DNA of 32,000 nt from Candidatus Clostridium radicumherbarum (lineage in GTDB: Bacteria > Bacillota > Clostridia > Clostridiales > Clostridiaceae), in contig NZ_JBJHZY010000001.1 in the NCBI RefSeq assembly GCF_045310525.1, positions 1,922,671 to 1,954,670 of the forward strand, read 5' to 3'. A model generated the notes under the pieces. That model did no database searches. It was not told where the DNA came from and saw only the letters and a list, made by a program, of their open reading frames with translations. Both the position numbers and the translations under genes were made by a program. Positions 8,844-19,672 of this stretch are shown here, piece by piece (within the stretch, counting starts at the first letter, position 1; each line of letters opens with the position of its first letter).

Positions 8844-10072
8844 TAATTCTCACCTACCTTGCTGCCTGCTATATATCCAGTTGACAAGGCTATTTGTATA
8901 TTATAGCCCCCTGTGTAAGCATCCACGTCTATTACCTCACCAGCAAAATACATGTTATCAACTAATTTAGATTTCATAGTTGAAGGATCAATTTGCTTAG
9001 TATCAACTCCCCCAGCAGTGACAATTGCTTCCTCAATAGGTCTTAGTCCAAATATTTGCATTGAGAAATTTTGAAGTAAGAAAACAAGTCCTTTTCTTTC
9101 TTCCCTGGTAATTAGGTTTACCTTCTTTTCACCATCGATGCCCGCTAACTTAACTACTACGTTTATAAGCTTACTTGGCAATAAGTCATTTAGAGCATTT
9201 TTAAAGGCCTTATTAGTATACAGCATGAAATCCTTTTGAACTCTTTTATCAAGTTCTTCCTCACTTAATGCTGGCTTAAGATTAATAGAAGCACTTAAAC
9301 TTAACTTATTGTTAATTGTACTGCTTGCACTAAGTACAAGTGGCCCAGAAATTCCATAATGGGTAAATAGCATTTCGCCAAATTCCTTAAAGATAACCTT
9401 TTTGTTTTTATTATTGATAATTTTAAGTTCCACATTCTTTAAAGATAAACCCTGCAGCTCCTTTACCCACTCATTTTCAATTACTATAGGTACTAATGAA
9501 GGCTTCGGCTCAATAATTTTATGTCCAAGCCTTTTTGCAAATAAAAGTCCATCTCCTGTGGAACCCGTTCTTGGATACGATAAGCCTCCTGTACAGAAAA
9601 TAAAATAGTCTCCTTCAATAATAGAGCCGTCTTGAAGTTCTATGTGTATTATGACATTATCTTTTGCAAAAACACTTTTAACAGGAGAATTTAACTTTAA
9701 GGTAACTCCTTCTTTTATTAACTCATCTCTTAAAGCATTTATAATATCTGAAGACTTATCAGATTCAGGAAAAACCCTATCTCCTCTTTCAATTTTAAGT
9801 TTAACTCCAAGCCTTTTAAATAGATTCATAGTGTCTTCATTTGTAAAAGTATATAATGCACTATATAAAAAGTTGGGGTTACCAGGAATATAATCAAAAA
9901 ATTCACTTATATCTTTTGCATTAGTAATATTACATCTTCCCTTGCCTGTAATAAAAAGCTTCTTGCCGATTTTTTCATTTTTTTCTACTAATATAACCTC
10001 ATGCTTTTTAGCAGCTGTAATAGCAGCCATTATTCCTGCTGGTCCTCCACCAATTATAACTACTTTTGGCAT
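8843..10072 (-). CDS. NAD(P)/FAD-dependent oxidoreductase, HI0933/YhiN (BaiN-like) flavoprotein family
   Basis: 409 aa. Dinucleotide-binding motif VVIIGGGPAGIMAA, then GKGRCNITN, and the C-terminal GGVDTKQIDPSTMKSKLVDNMYFAGEVIDVDAYTGGYN that is typical of this family. Confidence 0.85.
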   Translation of the reverse strand: MPKVVIIGGGPAGIMAAITAAKKHEVILVEKNEKIGKKLFITGKGRCNITNAKDISEFFDYIPGNPNFLYSALYTFTNEDTMNLFKRLGVKLKIERGDRVFPESDKSSDIINALRDELIKEGVTLKLNSPVKSVFAKDNVIIHIELQDGSIIEGDYFIFCTGGLSYPRTGSTGDGLLFAKRLGHKIIEPKPSLVPIVIENEWVKELQGLSLKNVELKIINNKNKKVIFKEFGEMLFTHYGISGPLVLSASSTINNKLSLSASINLKPALSEEELDKRVQKDFMLYTNKAFKNALNDLLPSKLINVVVKLAGIDGEKKVNLITREERKGLVFLLQNFSMQIFGLRPIEEAIVTAGGVDTKQIDPSTMKSKLVDNMYFAGEVIDVDAYTGGYNIQIALSTGYIAGSKVGEN

Positions 10073-10233
10073 TTTATCACCACCAATATACTTGTGGACT
10101 TATAATTAATAAATTTCTTTATGTTTATTCTATTTAAATATTTATCAAGGAAAATAAATATAAGCCCTATATTATAATGTAATATATTAAAGCGATTAAT
10201 TCAATAACAATTGTTAAAACCAATAAACTAAAA

Positions 10234-10254
10234 AGAGAACCCATTGGGTTCTCT
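10234..10254 (-). terminator. Rho-independent terminator of gdhA
   Basis: agagaaccc (10234-10242), att loop, gggttctct (10246-10254). On the minus strand it is followed by a TTTTT run. It lies 15 nt downstream of the gdhA stop codon. Confidence 0.8.
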
Positions 10255-10268
10255 TTAAAAAGTTAATT

Positions 10269-11705
<1,437 letters not shown>

Positions 11706-11777
11706 TTATATACTATTCTATACGAATTGCAATATTCCTTCTTTTTTTTGAAAATATTTTAAAATTAAAAAGGAATT

Positions 11778-12665
11778 TTAAAGACCATTACTTTCTTCTT
11801 TATCAACATAAGAATATACCTGATATTCTTCCCAAATATTTTCTAAATCATTAAAGGTTTTTGATATTTTTTCTTTTTCCCTTAGTCCCACAGCAATTAT
11901 TAAGGCATTAATAACGCTTAATGGAGCTACTAAGGAGTCTACAAAGGACGCCATATTACTTTGTGCTATTAAGGTATAATCTGCTTTAGAAGCAAGTGGT
12001 GATAAAAGACTATCTGTAATTGCAACAACCTTTGTTCCTCTATTGTGAGCGAAGTTTAAAGCTTCAATAGTCCTTGAGGCATATCTAGGAAATCCTATAC
12101 CTATTACTAAATCATCTTCAGATACATTTAGTATTTGCTCAAATATATCACTTATACCATAGCCAACAACCTTTACGTTATCTAATATTAAATTTAAATA
12201 GAACCCAAGAAATTCTGCAATTGCTGTAGAACTTCTAAGTCCGATTATATATATCTTTTTAGCTTTAAAAATATTGTTTACCACTTCTTCAAAGGTTCTA
12301 TTGTTTATTTTCTCTAAAGTAGCTCTTATATTTTCCATATCTGATTTTAATACACCCTTTAGAGCACTTTCTTCACTAACATAGTCATTAGATAATTCAA
12401 TTCTCTGCACAGTTGTTAAACGTGTTTTAATAAGTTCCTGCAGCGCTTTTTGAAGCTTTGGATATCCACTAAATCCAAGTTCATTTGCAAATCTAACCAC
12501 TGTTGATTCACTAACACCAACACTAATGCCTAGTTTTGCTGCTGTCATAAAGGCAGCCTTATCGTAATGTTTCAAAATATATTCTGCAATTAATTTTTGG
12601 CCTTTACTTAACCTAGGAAATTTCATTTGTATGGTTCTCATAAGGTCTTGTTTATTTTCTTCCAT
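11778..12665 (-). CDS. MurR/RpiR-family transcriptional regulator (N-terminal HTH plus SIS sugar-phosphate-binding domain)
   Basis: ORF-track entry 11778..12674. I favour the second ATG (MEENKQ...) because AGGAAGGA abuts the first ATG directly. HTH_6 region: AEYILKHYDKAAFMTAAKLGISVGVSESTVVRFANELGFSGYPKL. The SIS domain starts at KIYIIGLRSS. Confidence 0.85.
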   Translation of the reverse strand: MEENKQDLMRTIQMKFPRLSKGQKLIAEYILKHYDKAAFMTAAKLGISVGVSESTVVRFANELGFSGYPKLQKALQELIKTRLTTVQRIELSNDYVSEESALKGVLKSDMENIRATLEKINNRTFEEVVNNIFKAKKIYIIGLRSSTAIAEFLGFYLNLILDNVKVVGYGISDIFEQILNVSEDDLVIGIGFPRYASRTIEALNFAHNRGTKVVAITDSLLSPLASKADYTLIAQSNMASFVDSLVAPLSVINALIIAVGLREKEKISKTFNDLENIWEEYQVYSYVDKEESNGL

Positions 12666-12823
12666 TTTATACATTCCTTCCTTTAAAAATTACATAAAAG
12701 TGCATGATTTATTTCATTTTAACATCTATTGCAAAATATATCAATACAACTTTCAATTGCTTATTATTTTTCCAATAAATTTTCAATTTCAAACTTCAGA
12801 TTTTTCAATAAGCCTGTGCAAAA

Positions 12824-13375
12824 TTATATTTTTTGATTTTTTTCAATTATCAATAACATAGGTGCTTTATTATTCCTATTAATAAAGGTATGAAGCATTG
12901 CACCAAATTCATTTTTAGGAAGTTCATTAACAAATTGCATAATTTTATCTCTTTCTTTTTCTCCTTCCTTATGTCCAATATATATAGATATACTTATAAT
13001 TCCACCAGGTCTTAATATTTTAAGGGCTTGTTTCAAGCTTTCTATTGTAGCATCAGCTTTAGTTGTTATATTTTTATCACCACCAGGCAAATACCCTAGG
13101 TTATATATGACACAGTCAACCTCAACATCTATATATGTCAATATATTCTCATGTGAATCATTTATAATAGTTACATTTTCTTTTTTCCGTGCTCCATAAC
13201 TTTCTGCAGCCGATTTTTGAATTTCAAAGCAAAATACTTGATTAAAGATGGTGCTTAGAAAATCAGTATCATATCCATTTCCTAAAGTTGCATCTACAGC
13301 TATTGCAAATTCAGAGCAATAATTCTTAATAATATTATGTGCTAAATTACTTAAGTCTCCAACATACCTATACAC
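12824..13375 (-). CDS. Small class I SAM-dependent methyltransferase (YtqB/putative RNA methylase family), GTG start
   Basis: 183 aa. SAM motif I: VDATLGNGYDT. Post-I motifs: CFEIQ and YNLGYLPGGD. AAGGAGAG SD sequence 7 nt upstream of the GTG start. Confidence 0.75.
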   Translation of the reverse strand: MYRYVGDLSNLAHNIIKNYCSEFAIAVDATLGNGYDTDFLSTIFNQVFCFEIQKSAAESYGARKKENVTIINDSHENILTYIDVEVDCVIYNLGYLPGGDKNITTKADATIESLKQALKILRPGGIISISIYIGHKEGEKERDKIMQFVNELPKNEFGAMLHTFINRNNKAPMLLIIEKNQKI

Positions 13376-13436
13376 TACCTTACTCTCCTTAAATCTTAAG
13401 TTAAAATTGATAATAAAAGATTTTCTTTCTGGTTCT

Positions 13437-14147
13437 CTATAAACTTTTTAAATACTCCACCTCTGAATTACTTAAATATCTATAGCTTCCAAGCTTTAAT
13501 TCACCAAGCTTAATTTTTCCTATTGATATTCTTTTAAGAGAAATAACAGGATGGTTTATAGCTTCGCACATTTTTCTGACCTGCCTGTTTTTACCCTCAT
13601 GAATAATAATTTCAGCTGTAGAACTAGCCTTATCCCTCTTTATAATTTTAATTTCTGCATCTGCTGTAATATAACCTCCTATATCAACACCACTGCAGAA
13701 CCTTTTTACTTCATCATTAGTAGGGAGGCCATGTATTTCTGCTATATAAACCTTTTTGACCTGCTGTCTGGGATGGATAACCTTATTATAAACCTCACCG
13801 TCATTTGTCAGTAATATTAAGCCTGATGTATCATAATCCAATCTTCCAATAGGGTATATTCTTTCTTTAACTTTAACTAGATCTAATATGGTTTTTCGAC
13901 CTCTTTCATCTTGTACAGAAGAAATATATTTAATTGGCTTATTTAAAGCAATATACATCATATTCTCTTCTTTTTTTACTAACTTATTATCAACATATAT
14001 ATTATCTTTATCAATATCTATCTTATAACCAAGTTCAGTTACTACTACATCATTAACTCTAACTCTTCCGGAAACAATAATTTCCTCACTTTTTCTTCTA
14101 GACGCCACTCCACTTTCAGCCATAAACTTTTGAAGTCTTTCAAGCAT
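13437..14147 (-). CDS. rluB: Pseudouridine synthase, RsuA/RluB family, with N-terminal S4 domain
   Basis: 236 aa. S4 region: RLQKFMAESGVASRRKSEEII. Catalytic motif: GRLDYDTSGLILLTNDG. Also contains GKNRQVRKM. Confidence 0.88.
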   Translation of the reverse strand: MLERLQKFMAESGVASRRKSEEIIVSGRVRVNDVVVTELGYKIDIDKDNIYVDNKLVKKEENMMYIALNKPIKYISSVQDERGRKTILDLVKVKERIYPIGRLDYDTSGLILLTNDGEVYNKVIHPRQQVKKVYIAEIHGLPTNDEVKRFCSGVDIGGYITADAEIKIIKRDKASSTAEIIIHEGKNRQVRKMCEAINHPVISLKRISIGKIKLGELKLGSYRYLSNSEVEYLKSL

Positions 14148-14213
14148 AACATCACCTTCTTCATTTCATAATATTCTCTTCCATATTATAGACTATAAAA
14201 ATAATATATCCAA

Positions 14214-14287
14214 TAAAAAAATTGACACCTTTCTTTGGAATTTATAAAAGGAGTTATCCTTTTAGATTCCATTAATCTAGTGTCAAT
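14214..14287 (-). terminator. Composite long-stem rho-independent terminator ending the fdh/Moco operon
   Basis: On the minus strand: outer stem attgacac/gtgtcaat (14280-14287 with 14221-14228), middle stem ggaat/attcc, inner stem aaaagga/tcctttt. A T7 run follows (plus-strand A7 at 14214-14220). The structure starts 10 nt after the fdhD stop codon. Confidence 0.65.
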
Positions 14288-14297
14288 ACCTTGATCT

Positions 14298-15080
14298 TTA
14301 AATATCAATAATTCTTTCCTTATAAGTATAGAGGTTCATTCGAAGGCCTCGCACAAAACCTATAACTGTAACCCCGGAAGTCTCGGCTATATTTAATGCT
14401 AAATCAGTTGGTGCAGAGTGAGAAGCTACAATTGGTATTCCAGCTTTTACTGCTTTTACTATTATATCAGAAGATATTCTTCCAGTAGTCAATAAAAATT
14501 TATTACTGCTAGCTATATTATTTACTAAGGCTTTCCCTATTACCTTATCTAAGGCATTGTGCCTTCCTATATCTTCTGTAAAAATAACAATTTCATCATT
14601 ACTGCAGAGAGCGCAGCTGTGCACTCCTCCTGTTTGTTTAAAAAGTTCTGAGCTCTTATTAAATTCCTTCATTAATTTTATTATGCTCTTATAAGAAATC
14701 TTATTATTACTTCTAATTTCACTACTTAAGCCTAATTCTAAATATTCTATTTGTGTACTAGCATTGCCGCAGCCAGAGACTTTAGCTTTTATTCCCTCAA
14801 AATTAACTTTAATTTCATCTTTTAAAACAACGCAAACTCTATCTTCAAATTTTTCTTCAATACTTACAATATCATCAGTAGATGTAATTATACCTTCAGA
14901 AAAAAGATAGCCAACAGTAAGTTCCCTTAGGTCCATTGGTGTACACATCAATACTGTATATAGCTCATAATTAATATATATTTTTAGAGGCATTTCACTA
15001 ACTATAAAGTCTAAAGTATCCTCATATAACTTATTACTTATCTGTCTTATTTTTATCTCCTTTTTAATCTGAAGTGCCAT
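14298..15080 (-). CDS. fdhD: Formate dehydrogenase accessory sulfurtransferase FdhD
   Basis: 260 aa with FdhD-like length. It has the cysteine-loop motif SGCGNAS and the GGVHSCAL and TGRISSD..KA motifs. The start codon directly abuts the mobA stop codon. Confidence 0.88.
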   Translation of the reverse strand: MALQIKKEIKIRQISNKLYEDTLDFIVSEMPLKIYINYELYTVLMCTPMDLRELTVGYLFSEGIITSTDDIVSIEEKFEDRVCVVLKDEIKVNFEGIKAKVSGCGNASTQIEYLELGLSSEIRSNNKISYKSIIKLMKEFNKSSELFKQTGGVHSCALCSNDEIVIFTEDIGRHNALDKVIGKALVNNIASSNKFLLTTGRISSDIIVKAVKAGIPIVASHSAPTDLALNIAETSGVTVIGFVRGLRMNLYTYKERIIDI

Positions 15081-15683
15081 TTATCCCTCCATAAAAGAAC
15101 TTTCTAGAAATTCAAGATCTGATTTATAATTTAAATTAGTAAAAATATTCATGTTCTTAGAATATTTTCTTACTTTCTCTTCTTTAACATAATGCAAATT
15201 GCATTTATTAATAACCTGAAAGAGTTTAAAATTATTATTATTAAGTTCTTTTTCAAAAACAGAAAGCATTTCCTTAGAATAAAAGGCATATAATGGTTCA
15301 ATGAGGCCAGAATTATAGGAGGCAACCCCTTTAAAGCTTTGCTTTTTTAATAAACCCATCATATATTTTATATAATCTAAATTTATAACAGGCATATCAC
15401 AGGCAGTTACAAAAACATACTTACTATCAGCATGATTTAAAGCTGTATAAATTCCTCCTAAGGGTCCTGAATTTGGTATTATATCTTCTATTACCTTATA
15501 TCTAATATTTTTAAACTTATTTTTGTCATTAGATATTAAAATTACATTTTCAAAAACCTTATTTAATTGTTCTGAAATAATTTCTATTAATAATTTGCCA
15601 TTAACTCTGACTTCACATTTATCAAAGCCCATTCTGCTGCTTTTTCCACCACATAAAATAGCTGCTGTTCCAAAGTCTTTCAA
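15081..15683 (-). CDS. mobA: Molybdenum cofactor guanylyltransferase MobA (TTG start)
   Basis: 200 aa. N-terminal AAILCGGKSSRMGFDKC is the MobA GTP-binding signature. Later motifs: GPLGG and CDMP. GAGGAGG SD sequence 6 nt upstream of the TTG start. Confidence 0.88.
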   Translation of the reverse strand: MKDFGTAAILCGGKSSRMGFDKCEVRVNGKLLIEIISEQLNKVFENVILISNDKNKFKNIRYKVIEDIIPNSGPLGGIYTALNHADSKYVFVTACDMPVINLDYIKYMMGLLKKQSFKGVASYNSGLIEPLYAFYSKEMLSVFEKELNNNNFKLFQVINKCNLHYVKEEKVRKYSKNMNIFTNLNYKSDLEFLESSFMEG

Positions 15684-15702
15684 AGGTTTACCTCCTCATC
15701 CT

Positions 15703-17607
15703 CTAAAATTCAGGTGGTAATGTAAGCATTTCCTCATAATTAAAAACAGGTCCATCAATACACATATACTTGCTTCCAACTTTACAGTGCCCGCATTTAC
15801 CTATACCACATCGCATGTGGGTCTCTAGAGAGGTATATATATCTGTGCCTTTCATTCCTAAATTTATTAAATCCTTAGCAACAGCTTTAATTCTTCTTGG
15901 AGATGCACAGATTATTGCCGAAGTATTATTCCAATTGAGCCCTAAATCAGGTAGTAAGTCATTAATATAGCCTACATGAGCATTTACCTTGGTTGTAGCA
16001 TTGCTTAAGGCATAAAGTACCTTAACCCCATCTATATTACTCCATGAAATTAAGTCATCTTTATAAACTAAGTCTTCATAGGACATGGCACTCCCTATAA
16101 TAACAACCTTTCCAAAGTCCTGCCTGTTTTCAATTATCCGTAATATCATGGTTCTTACAGGTGCAAGGCCAACACCACTACCGATTATAATTATATCTTT
16201 GCCTTTAAATAAGTCATAATCAAAACCTTTACCAAATGGGCCTCTTAAGCCTACCTTATCTCCTATTTTCATTTCATGTATGGCATTAGTTACTTTACCG
16301 GTTTTTTTAATACAAAAATCAAAATATTCTTCTGAGCTTGGAGAAAATGGAATTGAAATTGCTATTTCTCCCACCCCAAAAACCGTTATTTCAAAAAATT
16401 GTCCTGTAAATTTAAAATTCTCATGCAAAGATTTATCCTCATATTGCATAATAAACCTTTTAATATTCTTAGTTTCTGGAATGATATCTGTAATAACCGC
16501 AACTTGCGGAGTATAAACACTTTCGCAGTTATTATCATGATGCAGTAGATGTTTATCTTCCTCAATTTTTTCAGAAGGTATTTCTATATTGCTTTTTTCA
16601 GCCAAAGTATTAATAATACCAACAATATTTATATTTGCAGGGCAAACATTGATACACCTTCCACAACCTGTGCAGCCCTTCATACTAAACTTTTCCTCAA
16701 TGTATTTCATTTTATCATATATTCTGTATCTTACCCTTGATACCTTATTTCTTGGATTATGCTCACCAGCATTTCTAGTAAAAGAATCACTTTGACAAGA
16801 ATCCCAGTATCTTACCCTGCACCCGCTGCAGCTATCAGTATTTTCTTCAACCACATTAAAGCATGTGCATGTTGGACACATATTTGTGCAGCCTGTACAT
16901 CTTACACAATCCTTCGATATTTCTTCCCACAAAGGATCATTAAAGTTTTCTTCTAAGAGCTTATGAATATTTTTCTTTGTAAGCTTTAGCTTAAATTTCT
17001 TATTTACTTCATTAAGTAATTCAGCCTTTTGGTCAGCATAATTTTCATCAATATTAAAAAATATTGAAGCTCCAAGTTTTATTAATTCTTCTCCCTTATT
17101 GCTGCCTATTTCAACCATATATATATCGTTGATTTCTGTAAAAAGAATATCGTAGCCAGAGCTAGCAAATGGTCCAATACCCATTGATTTGCAAAAGCAG
17201 TTTTCTCCTACTTCAGTACAATTCACAGCAGCAAAATAAGCTGTTTCTCTGTTTTTTTCGTAAGCTTCATCCTTATAACCTTCAAGAAAGAACTTATCCA
17301 TATATGCTATACCATAGGCATCACAGGCTCTAATTCCAAAAAATAATCTTTTCCTTTTATTATTGCTTGTAAAGTTATCAACCTGTATATCTTTACCTTT
17401 AAGCTTCCAATTAAATAATTTCTCCTTTTGTTTAAAAATATATTCTTTTACTGGGAAAGGAAAATTTATATAATCTAAAGTTAGTTTATCTTCATCAAAG
17501 GGTAGAAGCATAACTTGTCCTTCTTCATCTTGCGGTGCATAAACTTCAAATGCATTAGACCAAAGCTTTAATAATTTTTTTATATCTTCTTTTTTTACAG
17601 CAAGCAT
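15703..17607 (-). CDS. Fused iron-sulfur/flavoprotein electron-transfer subunit. The N-terminal half is AsrA/sulfhydrogenase-beta-like with 2x[4Fe-4S]; the C-terminal half is an AsrB/PyrK/sulfhydrogenase-gamma-like FAD/NAD(P)-binding domain with a [2Fe-2S] site.
   Basis: 634 aa. Cluster motifs: CVRCTGCTNMCPTC and CTGCGRCINVCP in the N-terminal half, and CGIGKCGHCKVGSKYMCIDGP at the C-terminus. IIIIGSGVGLAPV is a ferredoxin-reductase-type NAD(P)-binding motif. The ATG directly abuts the fdhA stop codon (TAAATG). Confidence 0.8.
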   Translation of the reverse strand: MLAVKKEDIKKLLKLWSNAFEVYAPQDEEGQVMLLPFDEDKLTLDYINFPFPVKEYIFKQKEKLFNWKLKGKDIQVDNFTSNNKRKRLFFGIRACDAYGIAYMDKFFLEGYKDEAYEKNRETAYFAAVNCTEVGENCFCKSMGIGPFASSGYDILFTEINDIYMVEIGSNKGEELIKLGASIFFNIDENYADQKAELLNEVNKKFKLKLTKKNIHKLLEENFNDPLWEEISKDCVRCTGCTNMCPTCTCFNVVEENTDSCSGCRVRYWDSCQSDSFTRNAGEHNPRNKVSRVRYRIYDKMKYIEEKFSMKGCTGCGRCINVCPANINIVGIINTLAEKSNIEIPSEKIEEDKHLLHHDNNCESVYTPQVAVITDIIPETKNIKRFIMQYEDKSLHENFKFTGQFFEITVFGVGEIAISIPFSPSSEEYFDFCIKKTGKVTNAIHEMKIGDKVGLRGPFGKGFDYDLFKGKDIIIIGSGVGLAPVRTMILRIIENRQDFGKVVIIGSAMSYEDLVYKDDLISWSNIDGVKVLYALSNATTKVNAHVGYINDLLPDLGLNWNNTSAIICASPRRIKAVAKDLINLGMKGTDIYTSLETHMRCGIGKCGHCKVGSKYMCIDGPVFNYEEMLTLPPEF

Positions 17608-19644
17608 TTATTTCACCTCTTCAATTCTCACAGCACAAACTTTAAATTCTGGAATTTGGACAGTTGGGTCTATGTTTTTACCAACTAGCTTGTTAACAGC
17701 TGACTCATAAAAATGAAAGGGAATAAATACTACACCTTCCATAATATTTTCAGTAATTCGAACCTCGATAATAATTTCTCCAATTCTAGAAGTTACCCTT
17801 ACCTTTTTCCTATTTCTTAGTCCAAGCTTTTCAGCATCATTGGGGTTTACTTCCATAAACCCTATTGGATATTCTCTATCTAAAGCCCATGCTCTCCTAG
17901 TCATTGTGCCAGTATGATAGTGATGAAGTAATCTACCCGTTGTTAAAATATAAGGATACTCCTCAGTAGGAAGCTCACTTGATGGAGCGTAATTATTTAT
18001 AGTAAATCTTCCAAGTCCTCTTGAAAACTTGCCTTTATGCAAAAACTTTGTTCCAGGATGATTTATATCAGGGCATGGCCACTGAAGGCCTTCCTTTTCA
18101 AGTCTTTCGTAAGTAATACCTCCATAGCTAGGAACTAACCCTCTCATTTCTTCCATTATGTCCGAAGGAGAAGAATAATCTGCCTGTCCTCCTAAAGCTC
18201 TGATAATTTCACATAGTATTCTCCAGTCCTCTTTACTATCTCCAATTGGGCTTATTGCTTTTCTAACCCTTTGAACTCTTCTTTCAGTGTTTGTAAAAGT
18301 GCCATCCTTTTCCATAAAGCTTGTACCAGGAAGTACAACATGGGCAAGTTTTGCTGTTTCAGTCATAAAAATATCTGAAACTACTAATAGCTCTAAGCTT
18401 TCTAAAGCCTTTTTAACATGATTTATATCTGGATCTGAAAGCATAGGGTTTTCAGCCATAATAAAAAGCGATTTTATACTCCCTTCAATGGCTCCATCCA
18501 TCATTTCCCCAATAGTTCTGCCTGCTTTTGAAGCAAAATCCTTTCCCCAAACTAAAGAAAATTTATCATGAATTTTTTCATCAATTAATGCTTGATAACC
18601 TGGTAAAACATCTGGAAGTGCTCCCATATCACAGGCCCCTTGAACATTATTTTGCCCTCTAAGAGGATTTATTCCTGTCGATTCTCTGCCTATCTGACCG
18701 GTTAGTAAAGATAGATTAGCTAGTGCCCCTACACTTTTGGTACCAGTAATATGCTGAGTTATTCCCATGGCATAAACTATAGAAGCTTTTCCTGCCTTGG
18801 CATATAATCTTGCTATTTCTCTAATAGTTCCTTCGGGAACTCCAGAAATAGCGGCTACCTTCTCAGGTGTGTATTCTTTAATTGATGGCTTAAATTCCTC
18901 AAAGCCTTCAGTTAAATTATTTATAAACTCTTCATTAATTAAATTCTCGTTTACTATTACATTTAAAATTCCATTAATAAAAGCTAAATTGCTTCCTGGA
19001 ATAATTGGTGCATATATATGGGCATATTCTGCTAGAGGTATTTTTCTAGGATCAGCAACAATTAACTTAGCTCCTTTATTTTTAACTGCATTTATTATTC
19101 TCACGCTGATTAAAGGGTGCTGCTCTGTTGTATTAGACCCTATTACAAAAATTACTTCTGCATCTTCCAACTCATCAATTGTATTTGTCATTGCTCCACT
19201 TCCAAATGCTGCAGCTAAACTAGCTACTGTTGGGCTATGTCAGAGGCGGGCACAATGATCAATATTATTACTTTTTATTATTGCACGAGCTAATTTTACC
19301 ATTAGATAATTTTCTTCATTGGTACACCTTGCTGAAGATAACATTCCTATAGCTTCAGGTCCTTTTTTTTCAATAATATTTTTATAGGAATTGCTTATAA
19401 AAGAAATAGCACTATCCCAAGAAACCTCTTTAAAGCTTCCATCAGTTTGTCTAATTAGAGGCTTAGTTAATCTATCCTTGTGATTTACAAAGCTGTAGCC
19501 CTGCCATCCTTTAACGCAAAGTTTACCCTTGCTCACTGGATGATCATTCTTTGGTGTTACCCCAATTATCTCATTATCATCAACGTTTAAATAAAAATTA
19601 CAACCGCAGCCGCAATAACCACATGTAGTAAGGACCTTCTTCAT
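17608..19644 (-). CDS. fdhA: Formate dehydrogenase catalytic subunit (FdhH/FdhA-type molybdo/tungstopterin enzyme), selenocysteine-containing; the in-frame TGA at 19242-19240 is read as Sec
   Basis: ORF-track entries 19240..19668 and 17608..19191 are in the same frame, separated only by a TGA. Across the junction the minus strand reads ...[34 protein letters not shown]..., which is the conserved H-C-A-R-[VL]-U-H-[GS]-P-[ST]-V context of Sec formate dehydrogenases. The N-terminal [4Fe-4S] motif is CGYCGCGC...C(VKGW). The preferred start is the ATG at 19644 (MKKVLTTC) after a GGGGGG SD sequence; the track start at 19668 is possible. Confidence 0.9.
19202..19233 (-). promoter_or_regulatory. SECIS-like hairpin immediately 3' of the fdhA UGA
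   Basis: On the mRNA, the upper stem is CAGUAGCUA/UAGCUGCAG (19229-19221 with 19217-19209; 7 Watson-Crick pairs, one G-U pair, one A-A mismatch) around a GUU apical loop. A lower stem CCAA/UUGG (19233-19230 with 19205-19202) is possible. The structure starts 6-13 nt after the UGA, the position expected for a bacterial SECIS. Confidence 0.6.
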
Positions 19645-19672
19645 TTCACTTCCCCCCAAATAAATCATTTAA

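Noticed and set aside
17608-19668. Reading the two fdhA ORF fragments as a disrupted gene or pseudogene
   Set aside because: The interruption is a single in-frame TGA in the canonical Sec-FDH active-site motif, with an open and conserved-looking frame on both sides and a SECIS-like hairpin. Selenocysteine recoding is the more parsimonious explanation.
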